A stretch of DNA of 64,000 nucleotides, taken from IMG/VR virus record IMGVR_UViG_3300007747_000008, positions 109,828 to 173,827 of that record; one strand, 5' to 3'. The notes below the pieces were generated by a model. That model worked only from the letters and a program-made list of their open reading frames with translations, was not told where the DNA came from and searched no databases. The translations under genes and the position numbers were made by a program. The DNA comes from a virus (taxonomy: Duplodnaviria; Heunggongvirae; Uroviricota; Caudoviricetes). Positions 1-11,283 of this stretch are shown here, piece after piece; within the stretch, counting starts at the first letter, position 1, and every line of letters begins with the position of its first letter.

Positions 1-2006
1 TGGTAGATAAAGAAATTTATGATCCTGAAATACTAGATAAGTATTCATTGCAAGAAATTGACGAACTTGGTAAGTACATTAAACATAAGCGTGATGATAA
101 ATTCACCTATGTAGCAATGAAACAATGGGAAGGTAAGTATCTTTGCCGTAATCGTGTAACTAAACAAATCTATGAAACACCACAGATGGCATATATGATG
201 ATTGCCGCCATTGTATTCATGGAATATACTAAAGATGTACGTATGAGTTATGTGAAACGTTTCTATGATGCAATTAGTAACTTTGATATCAGTCTTCCAA
301 CTCCAATCATGGCAGGATTACGCACTAATACGCGTCAATTCAGCTCCTGTGTGGTTCTAAACGTGGGTGATAGCCTTGATAGCATTGGTGCTGCAAACCA
401 CGCTATCCTACGTTATATCTCGCGTAAAGCGGGTCTTGGTATCAACTACGGACGTGTTCGTGCATTGGATTCTGAAATTCGTGGTGGTGACGCAGTACAC
501 ACTGGGTTGATTCCATTCCTTTCTGCAAGTACTAAAACTGTTAAATCATGTTCCCAAGGTGGAGTACGTGGTGGTGCAGCAACAATTCACTTCCCACTAT
601 GGCATTTAGAATTTGAAAACCTTGTAGTACTAAAAAATAACAAAGGTACTGAGTTTAACCGTGTTCGACAAAGTGATTATTGTTTCCAAATCAATAAACT
701 TCTATATGAGCGTTTGACTAAAAGTGGAGTTATTACTTTCTTCTCACCAAGTGATGTTCCCGGTTTATATGATGCATTTTGTGCAGACCAAGTTGAATTT
801 AATCGTTTATACAAAATGTATGAAATGGATCCTAGCATTCGTAAAAAACAAGTCCCAGCCATTGAAGTATTTTCTGCTTTAATGCAACAACGTGCAGAAA
901 CAGGCCGTATCTATATTCAAAATATTGACTTGACCAATGAACACTCACCATTTAACCCGACAGTTGCTCCTATTGAACAAAGTAATCTTTGTCAGGAAAT
1001 TGCATTACCATCAGTTCCATTCGAAGATGTAAACTCAGGCGAAGATGGGCTTATTAGTCTTTGTACTCTAAGTGCTATTAACTGGGGAAACTTCGATAAA
1101 CCAGAAGATATGGAAAATGCATGTGATTTAGCTATTCGTGCATTGGACTCTCTTCTAGACTATCAGGACTACCCAGTAATCCACGCAGAACGTGCAACAC
1201 GGGCTTATCGACCATTAGGTGTGGGAATCATCAACCTAGCATATTTCCTTGCTAAGCGTGGCTTACGCTACGATGATGAGGCATTGGAAACGGTCAACAC
1301 ATGGGCTGAAGCATGGTCATACTACCTAATTAAATCTTCAGTGCAATTGGCAAAAGAAAAAGGTAAATGTGAATGGTTTGATAACCTTAAGTATGCTGAT
1401 GGTATTCTACCGGTTGACACATACAAACGTTCTGTTAACGAACTAGTAAGTTCCGAATTGAAAATGGATTGGAATACACTTCGTGCAGATATTGCAAAAT
1501 ATGGAATTCGAAATGCAACAACAATGGCACTTATGCCAGCAGAAACAAGTGCTCAAATTAGTAATAGTACAAATGGAATCGAACCACCACGCAGTTTAGT
1601 ATCCATTAAAGCATCAAAAGATGGTATTCTAAAACAAGTAGTTCCAGAAGTTGGTAAATTGAAAAACAAATATACTTTACTTTGGGAACAAACCAACAAT
1701 GAAGGTTATATTAAAATCTGTGCAGTACTACAGAAATATATTGACCAGAGCATAAGTGCAAATACCAGTTATAATCCAGAACATTACCCGGATAATAAAT
1801 TATCAATGAAATTGCTACTTAAAGAGCTTCTACTATGCTATAAGTATGGTTTGAAAAATCTTTACTACATGAATACCAACGATGGTAGTGGTGAAATTGA
1901 TGTAGAAGCAATGGAAAAACAACATGAACAAACAACTAGTACTGAAGGTGGTTTTATTTTACCTGATCTACCTGATGAAGATGATTGTGACAGTTGCAAA
2001 ATCTAA
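1..2006 (+). CDS. nrdA: Ribonucleotide reductase class Ia large subunit, 5'-truncated at the window edge
   Basis: The frame is open back to nt 1. The translation aligns with the C-terminal two-thirds of NrdA and ends in a Cys-rich tail (DCDSCKI). Confidence 0.9.
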   Translation, partial: VDKEIYDPEILDKYSLQEIDELGKYIKHKRDDKFTYVAMKQWEGKYLCRNRVTKQIYETPQMAYMMIAAIVFMEYTKDVRMSYVKRFYDAISNFDISLPTPIMAGLRTNTRQFSSCVVLNVGDSLDSIGAANHAILRYISRKAGLGINYGRVRALDSEIRGGDAVHTGLIPFLSASTKTVKSCSQGGVRGGAATIHFPLWHLEFENLVVLKNNKGTEFNRVRQSDYCFQINKLLYERLTKSGVITFFSPSDVPGLYDAFCADQVEFNRLYKMYEMDPSIRKKQVPAIEVFSALMQQRAETGRIYIQNIDLTNEHSPFNPTVAPIEQSNLCQEIALPSVPFEDVNSGEDGLISLCTLSAINWGNFDKPEDMENACDLAIRALDSLLDYQDYPVIHAERATRAYRPLGVGIINLAYFLAKRGLRYDDEALETVNTWAEAWSYYLIKSSVQLAKEKGKCEWFDNLKYADGILPVDTYKRSVNELVSSELKMDWNTLRADIAKYGIRNATTMALMPAETSAQISNSTNGIEPPRSLVSIKASKDGILKQVVPEVGKLKNKYTLLWEQTNNEGYIKICAVLQKYIDQSISANTSYNPEHYPDNKLSMKLLLKELLLCYKYGLKNLYYMNTNDGSGEIDVEAMEKQHEQTTSTEGGFILPDLPDEDDCDSCKI

Positions 2007-2012
2007 ATTATC

Positions 2013-2038
2013 AAATCCCACTTCGGTGGGATTTTACG
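2013..2038 (+). terminator. Stem-loop AAATCCCAC-UUCG-GTGGGATTT in the nrdA-nrdB spacer (terminator or attenuator)
   Basis: A perfect 9-bp stem with a UUCG tetraloop sits directly after the nrdA stop. The following T-run is weak. Confidence 0.45.
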
Positions 2039-2062
2039 TTATACCCATTATAAGGAAATTAA

Positions 2063-2770
2063 ATGTCAGTATTTAAAATAAATGAGAAGTCACACTTAGA
2101 AAAGAATATGTTCTTTGATGAATCAGTAGATATTCAACGTTTCGAATCAGTAAAGTACTCTGCATTAGAAAAACTAACTGAACAACAGAAAAGCTTCTAT
2201 TGGACACCAGAAGAGGTAGATGTAAGCCGGGATAAGATTGACTTCGCCGGACTTAGTGATAACGAGAAGCATATCTTCACCTCTAACCTAAAGCGTCAAA
2301 TTCTACTTGACTCTGTACAGGGTCGTGGTCCTAACTTGATGCTACTACCATATGCATCTCTACCTGAACTAGAAAACTTCATTGAAACATGGGCTTTCTT
2401 TGAAGGTGCAATTCACAGTCGTTCTTACACTCACATCATTCGTAACGTATATGCAAACCCATCAGAAGTATTTGATACTATGTTGGACATTCCAGAAATT
2501 ACTGACTGTGCTGCTGATATTGCAAAGTACTACGATGATTTGGATATCACCGGTACTTACTATAAAATGTTAGGTGTAGGTACGCATACAATCAATGGTG
2601 AAACTGTTGTAGTTGATATGTATGAATTGAAAAAGAAGTTATGGTTATGCTTGAATAGTATTAACATTCTAGAAGGTATTCGATTTTATGTCTCGTTTGC
2701 ATGTAGTTGGGCATACGCCGAGAATAAACTTCTTGAAGGTAATGCAAAAATTATTCGTTTGATTTGCCGT
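2063..2770 (+). CDS. nrdB: Ribonucleotide reductase small subunit NrdB, exon 1
   Basis: Translation matches NrdB up to ...EGNAKIIRLI(C)R. The continuation of the NrdB alignment (DENLHLAATQ...) resumes at 3828. Confidence 0.85.
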
Positions 2771-2879
2771 TAATTTCATGGCGGCTTTGTACAGTAATGT
2801 ACATCGAAAAACCTTATATATCGGTGAACATCTTAGCACATTATGGTGAAGACAATACCGAGATTTACATAAATAATCC

Positions 2880-2887
2880 TATAAATG
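2880..2887 (+). promoter_or_regulatory. TATAAATG late-promoter-like motif upstream of the intron ORF
   Basis: It resembles the T4 late promoter TATAAATA. A second near-match, CATAAATA, lies at 2869. Confidence 0.3.
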
Positions 2888-2917
2888 AGATGAAAATATA
2901 CATTTGAAGGATGATTT

Positions 2918-3652
2918 ATGAAAGATAATATTTTTTACGTATATGTGTGGTATAACCCAATTGACCAACAACCATTTTATGTTGGTAAAGGAAAAGGTAA
3001 CCGTGCATATGCAGTATCTGATGATTCACGAAATAAATATTTTATGAGAAAATATAATAAAATATTAAAAAGTGGTTTATCTCCCTATGTTAAAATAGAA
3101 AAAAACAATCTATGTGAAGAAAAAGCACTAAAATATGAACTTGAATTGATATTAAAATACAAACCGGTGTTCGAAGGTGGTGTTTTAACGAATTTATCAT
3201 ATGGTTCTGGTGGTAAATCAACCATTTCAGAAAGTACCAGACAGAAGTTAGTTCATGGTTCATCGGGTGAAAATAATGGAATGTCAAAATTCACTAAAAA
3301 TGAAATAGAAAAATGTTTTATTTATTTGACCGAAGGTAAAAGTAATTCTGAAATTGAAGAACTAACTCAAGTTCCTTCGCATGTTATATCGGATTTAAAA
3401 TATGGAAAAAAATGGAAAGTTTTGTATGATCAGTATAAAGATTCCATTCCACACATAAAAAATTCAGGTTTAAACAAATATAACTTGTCGTTTGAAGAAA
3501 AATTGAATATAATTGATGCTATCCACAATCGAGGTGATGTAATGTTAAAAGATATTGCAGAACATTATGGATTGAAAACATCAATGGTTATATCTATTAA
3601 TCTTAAAAGACAGTGGAAATCAATCTGGGAATATTATCTATCTAAATCGTAA
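2918..3652 (+). CDS. GIY-YIG homing endonuclease (intron-encoded)
   Basis: The N-terminus reads YVYVWYNPIDQQPFYVGKGKGNRAY, a canonical GIY-X10-YIG with downstream R and E. The ORF lies inside the nrdB intron. Confidence 0.85.
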   Translation: MKDNIFYVYVWYNPIDQQPFYVGKGKGNRAYAVSDDSRNKYFMRKYNKILKSGLSPYVKIEKNNLCEEKALKYELELILKYKPVFEGGVLTNLSYGSGGKSTISESTRQKLVHGSSGENNGMSKFTKNEIEKCFIYLTEGKSNSEIEELTQVPSHVISDLKYGKKWKVLYDQYKDSIPHIKNSGLNKYNLSFEEKLNIIDAIHNRGDVMLKDIAEHYGLKTSMVISINLKRQWKSIWEYYLSKS

Positions 3653-3827
3653 CGACTATCGAAACCACATAGAAATATGGAAGGGAGTAGAGTACACTCA
3701 AGTGAGTGGAAACGTAAGGAATCCAGAAATGGATTATGATATAGTCTGAACTACTATAGAAATATAGTGCAGTACTTCTTGCTGTGGAAGTACGGGAGAA
3801 GCATAACGAACTTTTCTGAACAAATTG

Positions 3828-4244
3828 GATGAAAATTTACATCTAGCAGCAACACAAATGATTCTTCGCTTACTTAAGAAAGAAGATCCAGACTTTGCTA
3901 AAATTGCAGACGAGTGTCATGATGAAGTACAAGAAATGTTCATGGATGCAATTAAGCAGGAAGAAGAGTGGGCAGATTATCTATTCAAAGATGGTTCTAT
4001 CATTGGATTGAATGCACAAATTCTTAAAGATTACATCCGTTGGATTGGTTCTAAGCGTATGGGTGCAGTTGGAGTTAAATGTCCATTTAGTGTTTCTAAA
4101 AATAACCCACTACCTTGGACGGTAGAATGGATTAGTGGAGCGGATGTACAGGTTGCCCCACAAGAAACTGAAATTAGTTCTTATATCATTGGTGGCGTTA
4201 CTAATGATATCAAGTTGGACGATTTCTTTAGTTTTGAATTATAA
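3828..4244 (+). CDS. nrdB: NrdB exon 2 (C-terminal part)
   Basis: DENLHL...WADYLFKDGSIIGLN...VQVAPQE...DDF aligns with the NrdB C-terminus. Confidence 0.85.
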   Translation, partial: DENLHLAATQMILRLLKKEDPDFAKIADECHDEVQEMFMDAIKQEEEWADYLFKDGSIIGLNAQILKDYIRWIGSKRMGAVGVKCPFSVSKNNPLPWTVEWISGADVQVAPQETEISSYIIGGVTNDIKLDDFFSFEL

Positions 4245-4454
4245 TTTATATAGGGACACGTATGTGTCCCTTTTTACATGGAGAATTACGAAATGGATAT
4301 ATTTTCATTTATGCATGGTGTAGAGTACACAATAGTACTAGTGGGTGAAATCCAACTTGTTGGAATTGTGACCGACACATATTCAAATGGGATTGAGATG
4401 CATGACGGAACTCGAATTCCACAAGATAAAATTTTATTTTTTAGGCCGAATGCT

Positions 4455-4483
4455 GGGACAGAAGAGGCTTAATGTGATATAAT
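4455..4483 (+). promoter_or_regulatory. Promoter of the repeated class GGGACA-N17-TGaTATAAT
   Basis: GGGACA at 4455, a 17-bp spacer, and the extended -10 TGTGATATAAT at 4473-4483. Confidence 0.5.
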
Positions 4484-4511
4484 AGAGTTGTTAATAACAA
4501 AGGAGAAAAAA

Positions 4512-4757
4512 ATGGATAAGAACGCACTTAACGAAATGGTAGAAGAAAGTATTGATACCGCAAGTGATACCGCAAGTGATGAAGTTGGATATGACCTAAC
4601 TCCAGAAGACTTGGAACTTTCTAAAAAAATCATTTCCCAGCTATCAGGATATTACGCACGTAAAGATGCGAAGAAGACTGAGTATCGTAAAATCAAAGAA
4701 CGCAACCGTACTGCTAATAAAGCAGCTCGTGCATCACGTCGTCAGAATCGCAAATAA
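4512..4757 (+). CDS. Hypothetical small protein, acidic N-terminus and basic C-terminus
   Basis: ORF with an AAGGAG Shine-Dalgarno 8 nt upstream of the ATG. Confidence 0.5.
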   Translation: MDKNALNEMVEESIDTASDTASDEVGYDLTPEDLELSKKIISQLSGYYARKDAKKTEYRKIKERNRTANKAARASRRQNRK

Positions 4758-4810
4758 TTATTTAAACCCACACAGTGACGTGTGGGTGAAACAAAACATG
4801 GAGAATACAA

Positions 4811-5509
4811 ATGTCAAATGTACAAGCACAAATTGCTCAAGTTGCTGAGTTCATGAAAGTTGGTGGTCAACAAATTAATACAACCCCAACCTTCGTAAGT
4901 TATGGAGTAGCGAAGTTACGCCATAGTCTAATCAACGAAGAAATCACTGGTAAAAATGAATTCCAATACTGCGTAGAACGAGACGATTTAGTTGGTGCGT
5001 TAGATGGTATGTGTGATATCTTATATGTTACTTATGGTGCGGCGTTAGCGTTTGGAACTAAGATTGACAGTACTCGTACTGCTCCTTCTGTTGCTGCTGG
5101 AACACTTGCACCTGCTCACATTACTGAACGCACAGTAAGTTCATTATCTTATGATTTGGGATTATTTCTTAATGGATTCAAGTACGGTCACATGACTCAT
5201 ATTAATGAGTCGCTAACTAAAATCGTACGAACTATTTTTGACTATGCAACTGACATTAAAGTTGATCTAGCAGGTGCATTTAACGAAGTCCATGAATCAA
5301 ATATGAGCAAGTTTAGTCCAACCGAAGAACATGCATGGCTAAGTGCAAAGACCCGTTTCAAAGAAGGTGATGGCAAATACGGTGATGTATATGTTACTAG
5401 TGTTGATGTTGACGGTAAAACGTACTGGATGATCAAACGGAACGAAGATGGAAAAATTCTAAAAAGTTTAAACTTCTTTGAACCTGACCTATCTAAGTTT
5501 GTAAAATAA
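4811..5509 (+). CDS. MazG-like nucleoside triphosphate pyrophosphohydrolase (all-alpha NTP-PPase) with a C-terminal extension
   Basis: EE..E....D.LVGALDGMCDILYV..G.A.A.G..ID pattern typical of the MazG and HisE fold. Confidence 0.45.
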   Translation: MSNVQAQIAQVAEFMKVGGQQINTTPTFVSYGVAKLRHSLINEEITGKNEFQYCVERDDLVGALDGMCDILYVTYGAALAFGTKIDSTRTAPSVAAGTLAPAHITERTVSSLSYDLGLFLNGFKYGHMTHINESLTKIVRTIFDYATDIKVDLAGAFNEVHESNMSKFSPTEEHAWLSAKTRFKEGDGKYGDVYVTSVDVDGKTYWMIKRNEDGKILKSLNFFEPDLSKFVK

Positions 5510-5513
5510 AAAT

Positions 5514-6947
<1,434 letters not shown>

Positions 6948-6985
6948 TTATTATAAACGTATTTAGGTGATTTAGGCATTTTTTC

Positions 6986-7014
6986 GGGACAAACTATTCA
7001 CTTTGTGATATAAT
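6986..7014 (+). promoter_or_regulatory. GGGACA-N17-TGTGATATAAT promoter
   Basis: GGGACA at 6986-6991 and TATAAT at 7009-7014 with a 17-bp spacer. Confidence 0.5.
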
Positions 7015-7043
7015 AAAGAACGTACATAAAACGAGGTTTACAC

Positions 7044-7436
7044 ATGTCAATTATTTTTCATCTAGTTGGGATTTGCTTTTTTGCCGCTCTTGCCGCATCA
7101 GGATTCCTTCTCACTTCTCAAATTATATATTGGGTTCTCATAACAATTATGGGGGTACTAGCGTGGTTCAACTATACCAATGTTACTCGAAATCTTAAAC
7201 GCATCAAAGATGGTAAAAAACTAACACCTGAAATGCAAAAAATGTTACCGTATATAGAAAATGTGGATTTCAATAGTAGGGTTGTTCACCTACTTTTCGC
7301 AAATGGCATTCACGTTGGACTAGTACTTGCACTTATTAATGCACCAGTACTAGCATGTGCCATTACACTATTATTATGGTTGAATGTTGAAAATGTACTT
7401 AAATTCAAGGATCTAATCAAAAAATGTCATCAATGA
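7044..7436 (+). CDS. Small polytopic membrane protein
   Basis: Several hydrophobic helices. Confidence 0.5.
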   Translation: MSIIFHLVGICFFAALAASGFLLTSQIIYWVLITIMGVLAWFNYTNVTRNLKRIKDGKKLTPEMQKMLPYIENVDFNSRVVHLLFANGIHVGLVLALINAPVLACAITLLLWLNVENVLKFKDLIKKCHQ

Positions 7437-7920
7437 TATTAGCAGTTGATAAAAATAACGGCATTGGTATTAATAATACTATACCTTGGCATAGTACTGC
7501 CGATTTCAAACACTTCAAGGAAGAGACTGCCGGTAAGATAATCATTATGGGCTATAACACTTGGAAATCTCTTCCTAAAAAACCACTACCCGGTAGATTG
7601 AATATTGTCTTACTATCAAGAGACTATATTAATCGAGAGGAAGTTGATAAAAACCCTTCAGTACTTTTTCTACCTGAAGAATCAATTTGGCAAATCATTA
7701 GTAATAATCCTGATTGTGTGGTAATTGGTGGTGCTCGTCTTTATAGGACTGCATTACCCTTTGTTGATACCGTAATACTAAGTAAAATTAGTGGTGATTA
7801 CCAATGTGACACACACTTTGATATACACAGTGATTGTAATGTGCATCTTGAACTGGGATTGGTCAAGATGTTGGAAGATGGAACAATAGTAGAATATTGG
7901 AATAATATAAAAGGACTTTA

Positions 7921-7921
<1 letters not shown>
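7424..7921 (+). CDS. frd: Dihydrofolate reductase
   Basis: ILAVDKNNGIG..NTIPWH...FK....GKIIIMGYNTWKSLP.KPLPGR.NIVLS matches FolA motifs. Confidence 0.85.
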
Positions 7922-8351
<430 letters not shown>

Positions 8352-8355
<4 letters not shown>

Positions 8356-9698
8356 GTAACATCACGCTTACGGACAAGCAACAAGAGATATACGACGATT
8401 TTATTGAACGCGTACACAACTGGCCGGGACGTTCTGAATGTGTCTTAGTTGGCTATGCTGGTACAGGAAAAACCACACTAGTGGCAGAGATCGTTGATAG
8501 CCTTTATAAGGGCTACAATATTGCAGTAACATCACCAACACATAAAGCAAACTCAGTAATTCGAAAAATGCTTATGCAAAACGTTGGTCTTTCACCACAA
8601 GATGCACAAGTTAGTACTATTCACTCTTTCTTAGGTTTGAAGTTAGTTTATGAAAAGAGTCGTCAAGTACTAAAACATGATCCCCAATCAAAAAATAGTA
8701 CTTCGATGGTTGATGTACTTATTGTTGATGAATGTTCAATGATTTCTGATGAGATGTATCAGCACATTATTGACCAAATGTATCGTGTGCGTCGAGCAGT
8801 GATTTTTGTAGGTGATTCATGTCAGTTACCACCGGTCGAATCTGAGGGTACAATGGGTGAATCAAAACTAAGCCCAACATTTGATGTAGAAACTAAGTAT
8901 GAACTTACTGAAGTACTACGCCAAGCGTTGGATAACCCAATCATAAGCATTGCAACATCAATTCGTGAATGCATTGGTACTAATGGAGATCCATTAGCAA
9001 TTTTGGATACAACTTATGGTCTAGATACTATCATCCCAATAGACGATGAACAAGTTTTCTTGGACGTGTATAAGGAAATGATTTTAGAACACAAAGGTTC
9101 AGCCAGTAAGATCTTTGACTTCGTTCAGGAAAATAAAATTATTGCTTATACTAATTACCGTGTTAGTTTGTCTAACATTTACATCAGAAGTGAATTATTT
9201 GATAAACATCAAGATGTAGAATTTGTTAAAGGTGAACCTATTGTGTTTGATACGGTAACCGAGAACTGTCCATATATGAATCAGGAAATTATTCAATGTC
9301 CTGAAGTTCGTAAAGAGGCATTCTTAGGTATTGATTGCTGGCAGTTCAAACTTCCTAACGGTAATTATATTTTAGGTGTTGGTCCTGAATCTAAAATGGG
9401 ACTCGATGACTACTTAGATAAGTTGATTAAAAAGATTGAACGTAAGGATATGAACCCTCTTACTAAACGTGCTTACCAATGGCAAGACTATTATATAATC
9501 AAAAATAAGATTAACATCATCAACTATCCATATGCAACAACAGCACATAAATCACAGGGTAGTACTTTTGATAATATTTGGTTCGATACCGATTTCATTG
9601 AACGTATTCGTAATAATGACACAAAGTGTCGAATTATCTATACAGCTATGACGCGTCCACGATATAATGTAATGTTCCGAAAAAATGGAATGTTCTAA
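8352..9698 (+). CDS. dda: Dda-like SF1B DNA helicase (RecD family)
   Basis: Walker A GYAGTGKTT, AVTSPTHKA, STIHSFLG and the DE box VLIVDECSM. Confidence 0.85.
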
Positions 9699-9901
9699 TG
9701 AAAAAAGAAGAAGAATACGAGTACCAACCGCATAAATTTATTTTTTGGAAAACGATTGGTAAACAATATTGTGTACACTGTGGTTTAGTTAACACAACTA
9801 ACGATTTTGCACGCTGGGCCGTGACTAAAGGGTGTATGAATGAATTACACCCATCTTTCCGCAGTGCAAGAAAGAAATACACTAATCGTTTTGATTTTTA
9901 A
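9698..9901 (+). CDS. Small Cys/His-containing protein
   Basis: ORF translationally coupled by a TAATG overlap. Contains CVHCG...C. Confidence 0.4.
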   Translation: MKKEEEYEYQPHKFIFWKTIGKQYCVHCGLVNTTNDFARWAVTKGCMNELHPSFRSARKKYTNRFDF

Positions 9902-9939
9902 AAATAAATAATAAAAAGTGTTCTTTATGGAGAAATAAG

Positions 9940-10482
9940 ATGAACAATTTATTCAAGGCTTTCACAATCAAAGTTCCCGGTCAGGATCTTGATGATAAAC
10001 GTTTTTTCGAGTACTCAGATTTTGATTCCGAAAATATGACCACACCTACTGATGCAGAAGTGTTAGCTAAAGCAATTGCTTATACTCGTATGCAACAGAT
10101 CAAACGCAAGCTATCCGAACTTACTGTACCAATCTATTGTACTGTTGAATTTGATACAGAAGGTACAGCAGCAACTATCCCAACTGATGCAACTATCACC
10201 GTTGGATATATTAGCTACGAGCCATTTGCGAGTACCGTTTCGCCGGTTCCTAAAACGGATGATGAACAAATCACTGCTTCTGAAACTGTAATTAAAGGAA
10301 TCATTGATGCTGCATTGGCATCATCACTAGTTCAAGAAATGGCAGCAGTTCAGAAAATCACCAGTCGCACTATCACTCCACTACTAGCAACCACCACGCT
10401 ACAACGTGACGTGTATATGGATTACATTGATGTGCCAGCATTAACTGGTGTTGTAAGTACTGTTGAATTCGTTAAACTATAA
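9940..10482 (+). CDS. Hypothetical protein
   Basis: ORF with coding-like composition. Confidence 0.5.
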   Translation: MNNLFKAFTIKVPGQDLDDKRFFEYSDFDSENMTTPTDAEVLAKAIAYTRMQQIKRKLSELTVPIYCTVEFDTEGTAATIPTDATITVGYISYEPFASTVSPVPKTDDEQITASETVIKGIIDAALASSLVQEMAAVQKITSRTITPLLATTTLQRDVYMDYIDVPALTGVVSTVEFVKL

Positions 10483-10490
10483 TTTTTTAC

Positions 10491-10697
10491 ATGGAGTCTA
10501 TTGACATGGAACAAAAACCATTCTATGATCGTTTCATTGAAAGCCAAGATGCTTTCACGAAGGTCATTTATGAACTTGAGCAAATGATCGCTCAAGCACC
10601 AAACGCCCGAACCCGCTCACAAGCTGAGCTAGCAAAGAATCAGTTAATTCAGGTTCAACAAATTGCAGAAGTATATCGTAAACATCATACACAATAA
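10491..10697 (+). CDS. Hypothetical small protein
   Basis: ORF. Confidence 0.45.
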   Translation: MESIDMEQKPFYDRFIESQDAFTKVIYELEQMIAQAPNARTRSQAELAKNQLIQVQQIAEVYRKHHTQ

Positions 10698-10701
10698 GGG
10701 G

Positions 10702-10730
10702 TTGACACAACCCTTTAAATGTCATACAAT
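10702..10730 (+). promoter_or_regulatory. Sigma70-type promoter TTGACA-17-TACAAT inside an inverted repeat
   Basis: TTGACA at 10702-10707 and TACAAT at 10725-10730. The -35 lies inside AAGGGGTTG/CAACCCTTT. Confidence 0.5.
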
Positions 10731-10766
10731 GACAGCAACTTAAAACGACTGGAGTCACAAATTAAT

Positions 10767-11273
10767 ATGAAAGAAATCATTGCCAATAAAGAAATCAAAG
10801 CTAAATCCGTCCGTCTAGTAACTGACGCAGGCAGCAATGTGGTGGCAATTAGCGAAGCTCAAAACCGTGCTGACGCTTTAGGACTTGACCTTGTTCAAGT
10901 GAACGCTGGTGACGTACCAGTAGTTAAAATCATTGATTTGAATAAATTCAAATTTGAACAAAAACAAGCTGATAAAGAAGCACAACGTAAGCAACGTCAA
11001 AACATGACTCAAGTAAAAGAGGTTCAATTCTCTTTTAAAACTCAGGAAAACGATTTAAAAGTGAAAGAGAAATCAGCTTCTAAATTCCTTTCCGACGGTA
11101 AACAAGTACGCGTCGTTATGGCAGTTGAAGGTCGCATTGCTGGCAATCAAACATTACTTGAAAAAAATACATCATTCTTGAAACAGTTTGTAGAACGCCT
11201 TGGTGAAGTCGAATTCGTACAGAAAGTTGAAGTACAAGGTAAAAAGGCAACCTGTGTAATCAAGACAAAATAA
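10767..11273 (+). CDS. infC: Translation initiation factor IF-3 homologue
   Basis: Collinear with bacterial IF3, e.g. VRLV...G..LG..S..EA...A...GLDLV.V......PV.KI.D..KF.....K and the C-domain QVKE..F......D...K. GGAG Shine-Dalgarno at 10751. The six-frame ORF starts further upstream at 10719. Confidence 0.85.
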   Translation: MKEIIANKEIKAKSVRLVTDAGSNVVAISEAQNRADALGLDLVQVNAGDVPVVKIIDLNKFKFEQKQADKEAQRKQRQNMTQVKEVQFSFKTQENDLKVKEKSASKFLSDGKQVRVVMAVEGRIAGNQTLLEKNTSFLKQFVERLGEVEFVQKVEVQGKKATCVIKTK

Positions 11274-11283
11274 GGAATTAGAC

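Larger units (their letters stand above)
2771..3827 (+). mobile_element. Group I self-splicing intron in nrdB carrying a homing-endonuclease ORF
   Basis: Exon 1 ends in U and the intron ends in G (3827). An R-like GACTAT sits at 3656 and an S-like TGATATAGTCTGAAC at about 3745. The GIY-YIG ORF lies in the peripheral region. Joining the exons restores a contiguous NrdB. Confidence 0.75.

Noticed and set aside
677-862. Minus-strand 61-aa ORF inside nrdA, and similar short antisense or overlapping ORFs throughout the six-frame track.
   Set aside because: These ORFs are entirely embedded in well-supported genes on the opposite strand or an alternative frame, and have no Shine-Dalgarno or promoter. 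In an AT-rich genome short antisense ORFs arise by chance. Other examples in the track are 2382-2573, 3090-3287, 8210-8419, 17337-17675, 17789-18130, 26819-27370, 38792-39047 and 44039-44233.
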